Source: Atopobiaceae bacterium
Lineage (GTDB): Bacteria; Actinomycetota; Coriobacteriia; Coriobacteriales; Atopobiaceae
Assembly (NCBI GenBank): GCA_040268355.1
Contig: JAWRIT010000020.1
Location: forward strand, 470-64,469
DNA length: 64,000 bases
Direction: 5' to 3'
Below the pieces are notes generated by a model. It ran no database searches. It was not told the DNA's origin and saw only the letters and a list, made by a program, of their open reading frames with translations. Every line of letters starts with the position of its first letter. Position 1 is the stretch's first letter. Made by a program: the position numbers and the translations under genes. Below are positions 28,849 to 36,021 of this stretch, in pieces.

Positions 28849-29426
28849 CAGGCGATCCCGTCCCTCTCGAAGTGCTTCTTGAACAGCTTTGCGGCAATGA
28901 AGGCTCCCACGAGCGCCCCGACGACGGCCTCCACGACGAGCGCCGCGAGAATCCAGTCGGGCACGAGGGTCTGCAGGGTCTGCACGTACTCCTGCCCGTA
29001 ATAGTTCGCGGCGATGGAGAGGAACTGGTCCTTGGCGAACACAAGCATGAGGAACGGGCCGACCATGTTCAGGTTGAAGACGACGTAGGACAGGCGGAAC
29101 AGCTTCATGGACTCGTAGCTGCCCGCACGTGCGATGAGTTCGGCGGCGATGGCGGCCACCGCCGCCCAAGCCATGGCATACGGGGAGCTCGTGCACGCAA
29201 GAAGGATGAACAGCACGCCCAGGATGAGGATGGCGCCGGGCTTGCGGATGCGGGTGACACACAACAGGTAGACGGTCGCACCGACCAGGCCCACGAACAA
29301 GGGGGCCATCAGGTAGAGCACCGGGACCGCCGCGAGCGCCACGACACACACCAGCACGACGACGAGGTAGATGGCGCCAAAGGCACCGGCAAAGATCAGG
29401 TCCTTCGTGTTCATCTTTCGTTTCAT
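28848..29426 (-). CDS. MptD-family (Trep_Strep) putative ECF transporter S component
   Basis: 192-aa six-helix protein (MNTKDLIFAGAFGAIYLVV...) at the head of the T / ATPase / exporter string, the context I remember for this family. Confidence 0.65.
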   Translation of the reverse strand: MKRKMNTKDLIFAGAFGAIYLVVVLVCVVALAAVPVLYLMAPLFVGLVGATVYLLCVTRIRKPGAILILGVLFILLACTSSPYAMAWAAVAAIAAELIARAGSYESMKLFRLSYVVFNLNMVGPFLMLVFAKDQFLSIAANYYGQEYVQTLQTLVPDWILAALVVEAVVGALVGAFIAAKLFKKHFERDGIA

Positions 29427-29770
29427 ACCGGTCCTTTCGATAAAGTAACCATGTAGTTAGTTATGACTAACTGGAAGCATAGCCAGACGTATGTGCTTCA
29501 TTGCGACGCTTGGCCAATTAGACCTGCGCGAAAAAGATAGATGTCCGACAGATAAAGTAGTGTGATTGAACGTGGCATCAGAGAGACGCCTGTTGCCGAC
29601 AAGGGCCATCCCCACCCCGCCGCTCCACATGGCCTTCCACCTTGCGAGGGTCTAAGCGGGGGTCACGCGCAATCGAGTTCGACGCTCCGAAGCGATCGAC
29701 GGTTTGGATGGAATCGGAAACCAGCTGTCAAAAGAAGGGCGTGATGGCAACCGGAAGCCGACATGAGAGT

Positions 29771-29797
29771 GCCCTCCGGAACGCTTTTCCGGAGGGC
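29771..29797. terminator. perfect 11-bp stem hairpin GCCCTCCGGAA-cgctt-TTCCGGAGGGC
   Basis: Read directly, 35 nt downstream of the yoeB stop on the minus strand. No strong U-tract. Confidence 0.45.
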
Positions 29798-29831
29798 ATC
29801 CCTGGGCATCCCCTAGTATCTTGGTCGGAGG

Positions 29832-30098
29832 CTAGTGCTCCCCATAGTGCGACTTGCAGGAAGCGATCTCCAGGTTCACTCCCACGATGCGGTAGACGAG
29901 GCGGTTCTGATCGTCTATCCGGCACGACCAGAAGCCCGCTAGATCCCCGCGCAACGGCTCCGGCTTGCCCACGCCCTCGAACGGGTCGCCGCGATCGATG
30001 TCCTTTATGAGGGCGTTGATGCGCCTGAGCGTCTTGCGGTCCTGCGCTTGCCACCAGACGTAGTCCTCCCACGCCTCCGGGGCCCAGACTTTATTCAT
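29832..30098 (-). CDS. yoeB: YoeB/Txe family type II toxin
   Basis: WEDYVWWQAQDRKTLRRINALIKDIDRGDPFEGVGKPEPLRGDLAGFWSCRIDDQNRLVYRI is the YoeB signature. Confidence 0.9.
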   Translation of the reverse strand: MNKVWAPEAWEDYVWWQAQDRKTLRRINALIKDIDRGDPFEGVGKPEPLRGDLAGFWSCRIDDQNRLVYRIVGVNLEIASCKSHYGEH

Positions 30099-30351
30099 CG
30101 TCGTCGGCTAGCTCGTGGGCGACACCGTGACCGGCGTTGAGGTCGGCAACCGAGCGGCGCAGATGGGCGAGGTTCTCAGCGCTGTAGAACGGGTCGACCG
30201 AAACCTCGAACGGGATGCGACGCTCGCGGCCCATCTTCTTCGCGAAGATGGTGAATGCGGTGGTCATGCTCATCCCGAGCTCCCGGCAGACCGCCTCCAT
30301 GTCCCTTTTGACATCCTGGTCCATGCGTATGTTCACCATTGCGGTTGCCAT
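30091..30351 (-). CDS. RelB/DinJ-type antitoxin paired with YoeB
   Basis: VNIRMDQDVKRDMEAVCRELGMSMTTAFTIFAKKM is an RHH of the DinJ type. 8-nt overlap with yoeB. Confidence 0.8.
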   Translation of the reverse strand: MATAMVNIRMDQDVKRDMEAVCRELGMSMTTAFTIFAKKMGRERRIPFEVSVDPFYSAENLAHLRRSVADLNAGHGVAHELADDDE

Positions 30352-30414
30352 GAGTAGGCTCCTTCCTGTCTGAGAAGAAGTCTATCATGACTCTTCAGAT
30401 ACGTAAAGCGAATG

Positions 30415-30424
30415 TATAGCTATA
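30415..30424. promoter_or_regulatory. TATAGCTATA palindrome flanked by GTAAAGC / GCTTTAC arms, candidate antitoxin operator
   Basis: Read directly, ~65 nt upstream of the antitoxin start in an AT-rich stretch. Confidence 0.35.
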
Positions 30425-31116
30425 TGCTTTACATATTCTCCCCTGCGTAACCGTTCACTCATTGTGCGGAAGGCGTCACGCGCAACGCAGAAGTATCTCC
30501 TGATGTCATTTCTCAGTGCTCCCCTTGTAGGGCAGCAACAACATGAGCGGACGGCTCACGCGGTCGCTGACGTCGTTGAAGGGGTTGATGCGCGTGAGGT
30601 CGAGCACGTTGCGGGAGGCGGCTATCCCCTCCTCGTCGAGGCTCCGCAAGGTCGGCCTTGTCGGCCATAGTCTCTTTGAGGCGTCTGCCGCTGACGCGGA
30701 AACCCTCAATGCCAGGGCCTTCCCGCCCCATGCTATCGGTTTATTTTTTGATGCGGCAAATACAAGGATGATGTAGCAAAACTATCTTGAATGGGTTCTT
30801 CTGCGCGAATTCATCTGCTTGTGAGGTCGTCATCGGGGGCGCCCATGAAGCCATGTGCGGAAAACCATGGGAGGATAGCTCCGGACACGTACCCGGCTTC
30901 GCTTTCGGCAATTGGTCTTTCCATCCGCGCGCATGCGGATAGGAAGGCACGCATGAGACGCTTGTCTTGCGAATGGCTGGCCGGGTTTCGTGAGATCGGG
31001 ATCGACCAGCAGCGCTGCCTGCTGGCCCTCTGGCTGACCCTTCTCATCGCCCTGGCGTGCACGGGATGATTGGTCCTTCTCGGCACCCTCACCATGAAAG
31101 CGAAAGTGCCTATCGC

Positions 31117-31434
31117 TTAACGATTCGAAAGCTCACGCAGGTGGCCGAGATGGATTCCGATGTGGCCGATCCCGAGTATCACGGCGGCCAGAATGATGGG
31201 TGGCGACTGGCACCAGACGCCGAGCAGGGCCAGAGCGGCGACGGGCAATGTGGCAAGCGGCACGGGAACGAGACCCAAGGGCGCATACATGGCTGTGAGC
31301 TCTCCCCCTCCCTTGAAATAGCGCGCCCAGGCAAGCTCGTCGTAGCCAAGTGGCTGGTTCTTCGCCCATTTGATGTTCGGCGCGAACAACATGAGCAGGA
31401 ACACGACGCCCGCAATTGAGAAGCCAAGCTGCAT
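31117..31434 (-). CDS. small membrane protein, function unknown
   Basis: 105 aa from the internal ATG 31434 (GAAGGTG upstream) of ORF 31117..31599. Three hydrophobic helices. Confidence 0.45.
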   Translation of the reverse strand: MQLGFSIAGVVFLLMLFAPNIKWAKNQPLGYDELAWARYFKGGGELTAMYAPLGLVPVPLATLPVAALALLGVWCQSPPIILAAVILGIGHIGIHLGHLRELSNR

Positions 31435-31681
31435 CTTCACCTTCTTGCCCCGCCAAAGCTCTTGGCGACATTTTAAGGCACGGGCGGGATTGTGGCGTGC
31501 GCGGATGCTCCACCTTGCATATCGGCACGATTGATGGAGGTGCGCATGAGCACGAGTACGATGGACGAGTGCTGGGTGTCGGAGCACGTGAAGGAACACC
31601 TGCGGGAGTTCGGCCTCACGCTTCCCCGGAGGACATGACGGGCCGCATCAGGACCTGGGAACGGGTGCCTTCGCACTGTGG

Positions 31682-32810
31682 GTGGGCCTCAACAAGCGAA
31701 AGGTTCGCATCCGACATTACGACGCACGCATGGTGATCCCGCTCACGTGGGATGAGGACGGGGTGATGGAGTGCGCCTTCGCCACGCGCGCCTTTTCCCG
31801 TGGCAAGGCCGTCGACCAGCTACAGATGCACCTGCTGGGCGGCATGGGATTCTCGGCAATGGATTTGCCCTTCTTGCCTTCACAATACGCAACCGTAGAG
31901 AACGATTCGCCTTCCGAACTTTCGACTCACACAGCACAAAACGCAACGGACGCGAACGCTCTTATCGACATGGAGAGCGATCCCACGTATCGCATCGTCA
32001 TCGTTTGCTTCGACCATGAGGGAAACGAGCCTACACCCGTAGGTATCCTCCCGCTCTACGAAATGGGCAGCACCTTCCCGACTATCTCGATAGTCAAACC
32101 CGCCATCACCAACACGCACGTAGACATCTCGCCATAGAGCCAGAGCGTGCTCGCAGGCACCATAGATGCAATGCAAACGGTTGGACCTCACCTTCGATGC
32201 CTTGATTAACAAGGTTGACCTGAGCAAGATGCGCGTGTTCCCCTCGGACATGATGTTCGACAAAGAGAGCTCCAACGGCGAGGGCATCACCATCCCGTTC
32301 GGCAAGCAGGGCCGCACCGTCTTCCGCAAGGTCATGAGCACGGAGGACATGACCCACGAGTTCACGCCCGCACTTCGCACTAACGCGCAAAGCGGGGCCT
32401 TCCGTATCGCCCTGCAGATGCTCGGCGACCTCACCGGCTTTCGGCCTCACGTACTTCGGCTTCGACACCACCGAATACGTGAAGACGGCCACGGAGGTGT
32501 CGAGCGACAACTCGGCTCTCATGCGCAGAATCAAGCGGCACGAAAACCTTCTGCAGGGCTCTCTGGCCAACATCACACACGCTGTCATGGCCGTGTCGCG
32601 TCACTTAGGCGAGGTCGGCCCCGATGAGGGAGTCATCCGTATCCGTTTCGACGGCTCCATCATCCAGGACACGGATGCGGAGAAACAAAGAGACATGCGC
32701 GAGGTGGCGTCACCATGGCCGCCTGGGAGTACCGCATGAAGTGGTGAGGCGAGGACGAGAGCACGGCTAAGGCACGCGCACGCGAACTTGGTGCTGGATC
32801 CTCTAGGAGC
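31682..32810 (+). pseudogene. phage portal protein (SPP1 Gp6-like), N-terminally truncated, frameshifted, with an in-frame stop
   Basis: Portal-like pieces in three frames. The C-terminal block is KTATEVSSDNSALMRRIKRHENLLQGSL...IRIRFDGSIIQDTDAEKQRDM, then AAWEYRMKW-TGA-GEDESTAKARA. Confidence 0.6.
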
Positions 32811-32864
32811 GGTAGCAACGCCATCGGATAAAATGGGGGCGACCAGATCAGGAAGGACCGTCCC

Positions 32865-33173
32865 ATGGCATCAAGCAGCGAATACCTCGATTACGCGCTG
32901 GACCTCCTGGCAGACGTGCCGGAGGTCACCGTCCGCAAGATGATGGGCGAATGCCTGCTTTACGCATCCGGGAAGCTGTTCGGGGGTGTCTACGACGACC
33001 GCTTCTTGGTGAAGGACACAGCAGCCTCTCGCGCCGTGCTGTCGGCTGAGGAGATTCCCTACGAGGGCGCGTCTGCGATGCTCCTGGTGGACGTGGAGGA
33101 CGCCGAGGCCGTCGGCGCTATGGTAACGGCCATGCTCCCTGAGCTACCCGCGCCCAAGAAGCGTCGCAAGTAG
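32865..33173 (+). CDS. TfoX N-terminal domain protein
   Basis: YLDYALDLLADVPEVTVRKMMGECLLYASGKLFGGVYDDRFLVK matches the TfoX_N pattern. Confidence 0.75.
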   Translation: MASSSEYLDYALDLLADVPEVTVRKMMGECLLYASGKLFGGVYDDRFLVKDTAASRAVLSAEEIPYEGASAMLLVDVEDAEAVGAMVTAMLPELPAPKKRRK

Positions 33174-33558
33174 GTCGCTGACGGGCTGCTGCGAGCCCGT
33201 GTGGAGCCGTTGGTGGCGCTGCGCCGGCTGGACTGCTGCCCGGGTGCCCCGAGCTGGGATGCGCCTGCGGCTGACACGAACACTGTGCTGCCTGCGCCTG
33301 GACGATGGACCGGGCGGCCGTGCTGCTGGAGTGGACGCCGACGACGCACCGCGCGACCGGGCCAGCGGCCAGGACTGGCGGCACAGATAAACACGAGAAC
33401 GTGAGACTCGCCGGTTCGGTCGACTCTCTGCAAAGTCAACCGTCTAGATCCGTCGGAGTAGATAGATATACCAGCTCATGACTTTTCTCTTCTCATCCGC
33501 TCTCTGCATTTCAGCAGTTAATCAGGCGTGATGAGCAACAAAACACAACAGAAATCCC

Positions 33559-33592
33559 ATGCAATGGTAGAGTGTACGCGAAGTTATTGCAT
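33559..33592. promoter_or_regulatory. ATGCAAT-N20-ATTGCAT inverted repeat upstream of the RHH gene
   Basis: Read directly, 26 nt upstream of the ATG at 33618. Candidate operator for the RHH protein. Confidence 0.3.
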
Positions 33593-33617
33593 TTGTCAGC
33601 TCAGCGACAGGAGGGTC

Positions 33618-33821
33618 ATGAAGTACTCCGAGCTCCTGGAAAGCGGTGCAACGGCTGCTCAGCGACAGGACTTTCTCACTGAGGGCGACCAAACACCTAT
33701 CACTCTCCGGGTTCCCAAGAACCTCAAGGATGCGGCTGCTGAGGCTGCCAAACTCCGCGGCATCAGCTTCTCCGCCTTCATCCGCAACTGCATCATCAAC
33801 GAGCTTGCGGGGAGGGCATAG
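33618..33821 (+). CDS. ribbon-helix-helix (CopG-like) protein, possible controller of the downstream operon
   Basis: Start at ATG 33618 (AGGAGGG upstream). ITLRVPKNLKDAAAEAAKLRGISFSAFIRNCIINEL has a beta-strand plus two-helix RHH pattern. Confidence 0.65.
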   Translation: MKYSELLESGATAAQRQDFLTEGDQTPITLRVPKNLKDAAAEAAKLRGISFSAFIRNCIINELAGRA

Positions 33822-33822
33822 C

Positions 33823-34521
33823 GTGGCATCGCAGGTTAAGTCGCGTCAGAGAGTACAAGACCACGGCGAAGTGTTCACCAACGAGCGCGAGGTGAACGCC
33901 ATGCTGGACATGGTGAAGCAGGAGACCGAGCGCATCGACTCCCGCTTCCTCGAACCCGCCTGCGGCGACGGCAACTTCCTCGCGGAGGTTCTGCGGCGCA
34001 AGCTTGCCGTCGTCAACAGCCGCTACCGCCGCTCGCTTTCCGAGTATGAGAAGTACACGTTCGTGGCCGTCGGCAGCATCTACGGCGTGGAGCTGCTTCA
34101 CGACAACGCCGTCGCCTGTCGCGACCGCCTTTATGGCATCGTGGAGGCAGACTATATGCGCGTGTGCAAGAAGTCGCCGACGCCCGGCTACCTTGACGCC
34201 ATCCGCTTCGTCTTGGAGCGCAACATCTTGAACGGCAACGCCCTCAGCCTCAAGGCTGTGGACGAATCAGGCTCGGACACTGATGAGCCGATCATCTTCT
34301 CGGAGTGGTCCATCGTTACCGGCGACCGAGTTAAGCGCAGGGACTTTCGCCTGGACGAGATGCTAGAGGGCAGCGCCGATCAGGCTCAATTCTCTCTTTT
34401 CGGATCTAGCGGTACCCCGACATCCGAGTGGGAGTTCGACGAGGAGACCGGAGCACTGATTCCCAAACCCATCTGGGAATACCCGTTGATTAGGCTGTAT
34501 GAGGTGCAGAACGATGAGTAA
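33823..34521 (+). CDS. SAM-binding DNA-methyltransferase-like protein lacking the NPPY catalytic motif
   Basis: GTG start at 33823 (GGGGAGGG upstream, 1 nt after the RHH stop). GEVFTNEREVNAMLDMV and motif I FLEPACGDGNFL are present, as are YGVELLHDNAVACRDRL and ILNGNAL. No (N/D)PP(Y/F) anywhere in the 232 aa. Confidence 0.7.
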   Translation: MASQVKSRQRVQDHGEVFTNEREVNAMLDMVKQETERIDSRFLEPACGDGNFLAEVLRRKLAVVNSRYRRSLSEYEKYTFVAVGSIYGVELLHDNAVACRDRLYGIVEADYMRVCKKSPTPGYLDAIRFVLERNILNGNALSLKAVDESGSDTDEPIIFSEWSIVTGDRVKRRDFRLDEMLEGSADQAQFSLFGSSGTPTSEWEFDEETGALIPKPIWEYPLIRLYEVQNDE

Positions 34522-35965
34522 CCTATTCGAGGCGACATACAACCCTGACGTGTTGAGCTGTATCGCCAACCTCAGCAATGACGAGGTCTTTACGCCACCC
34601 GAGCTTGCAAACCAGATACTTGAGTTGTTGCCTGATGGCATATGGAGCGACCCGAACGTCACTTTCTTGGACCCCGCAAGTAAGTCAGGAATCTTCCTGC
34701 GTGAGATAGCTAAGCGCCTTATTGACGGACTTGAGGACGAGCTCTCCGACCTAGAGGAGAGACTTGACCACATCTATCGAAAGCAGCTGTTCGGCGTTGC
34801 GATAACCGAGCTTACAAGCCTGCTTTCGCGGCGCAGCGTCTATTGCTCAAAGTACCCGAACAGTATCTACTCCGTCGTCAGGTTCGACGACGCAGCCGGC
34901 AACATACGCTTCAAGAACACTGAGCATGTTTGGTCAGGCGGACGCTGCGTCTACTGCGGCGCAACACAGAAGGAATACGACCGCGACAAAACGCTTGAAC
35001 AGTACGCATACGAATTCATACACCTGGATGACCCAGAAGAGGTTCTGCCCATGAAGTTTGACGTTATCGTCGGCAATCCGCCATATCAGCTCAGCGATGG
35101 CGGCAACAACGCTTCCGCCATGCCCATTTACCAGAAGTTCGTGGAGCAGGCAAAGAAGCTTAACCCGCGCTACCTGGTCATGATTACGCCCTCGCGGTGG
35201 TTCTCAGGCGGCCGAGGGCTTGACGCATATCGAGCAACAATGCTCGGCGACCGACGCATCAGGAAGCTTGTCGACTTCGAGGACGCCAACGATTGCTTCC
35301 CCGGCGTGGATATGTCGGGCGGCGTGTCGTACTTCCTGTGGGACCGAAATTACGATGGTAACTGCACTGTCGTGAACATGAAGAACGGGGTCGGAACCGA
35401 GCAACAGCGTGACCTGCGCAGATACGATATCCTTATCCGTTCGAACGAGGCCGTTTCCATCGTGGATAAAGTGCTCAGCCACACGTCGGCGTTCCTCAGC
35501 AAATACGTCAGCAGCCAACGGCCTTTCGGTTTGAGGACGTTTGCAAAGCCTTCCAAGAAGGGTGATTTGACCCTCAGGTGGCGCGAGGGCAAAGGCCCTA
35601 TAAGCAGCAGCGAGATTACTATCGGCAAGGAGTGGATAAACAAGTGGAAGGTCATCGTATCCCGTGTCGTATACGAACATGCCGGTGGAACCGACGCACA
35701 GGGCATGCGCCGCATCCTCTCTATCCTCGAGGTGCTTGGTCCGAAGGAGGTCTGCACCGAAACCTACATCGTCATCAAGACCTTTGACACCCAGGAGGAG
35801 GCGCAGAACTGTTACGAATACCTCTCGTTGAAGTTCCCCCGTTTCCTTATCAGCCAGGTCGCATCTGCCCAGATGGTCAACAAGAAGTCCTTCACCTTTG
35901 TGCCAGACGTAGACTTCACGAGAAGCTGGACGGAAGGAGCTTTACGACGAATTCGGGCTCGATGA
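34514..35965 (+). CDS. N6-adenine DNA methyltransferase (Eco57I-like, gamma class), C-terminal tail frameshifted
   Basis: ATG 34514 overlaps the upstream stop (ATGAGTAA). DEVFTPPELANQILELLP, motif I FLDPASKSGIFL, motif IV IVGNPPYQ. After ...SWTE the family-typical tail ELYDEFGLDEEEIAYIESHIKKMN continues in another frame to the TAA at 36030-36032. Confidence 0.85.
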   Translation: MSNLFEATYNPDVLSCIANLSNDEVFTPPELANQILELLPDGIWSDPNVTFLDPASKSGIFLREIAKRLIDGLEDELSDLEERLDHIYRKQLFGVAITELTSLLSRRSVYCSKYPNSIYSVVRFDDAAGNIRFKNTEHVWSGGRCVYCGATQKEYDRDKTLEQYAYEFIHLDDPEEVLPMKFDVIVGNPPYQLSDGGNNASAMPIYQKFVEQAKKLNPRYLVMITPSRWFSGGRGLDAYRATMLGDRRIRKLVDFEDANDCFPGVDMSGGVSYFLWDRNYDGNCTVVNMKNGVGTEQQRDLRRYDILIRSNEAVSIVDKVLSHTSAFLSKYVSSQRPFGLRTFAKPSKKGDLTLRWREGKGPISSSEITIGKEWINKWKVIVSRVVYEHAGGTDAQGMRRILSILEVLGPKEVCTETYIVIKTFDTQEEAQNCYEYLSLKFPRFLISQVASAQMVNKKSFTFVPDVDFTRSWTEGALRRIRAR

Positions 35966-36021
35966 GGAGGAGATCGCCTACATCGAAAGCCACATCAAAA
36001 AGATGAACACGGGTGACGGCG

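Noticed and set aside
29427-29831. Possible riboswitch in the 400-nt leader of the ECF S-component gene, including the AGTTAGT-TATG-ACTAACT palindrome at 29455-29472
   Set aside because: I could not recognise any conserved riboswitch core (TPP, FMN, cobalamin, SAM, preQ1 and others). The palindrome is more likely a protein operator. An Rfam scan would be needed.
30460-31100. Short ORFs on both strands (30464..30670, 30506..30709, 30811..31095 and others)
   Set aside because: The fragments read like broken coding sequence, but I could not assign any family. They are not reported as features.
33174-33520. GC-rich stretch with CTGCTG-type runs and overlapping ORFs (33059..33439, 33118..33384, 33199..33404)
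   Set aside because: All translations are Ala/Arg/Pro/Gly low complexity with no SD or motifs. It is probably non-coding debris between the TfoX-like gene and the defence operon.
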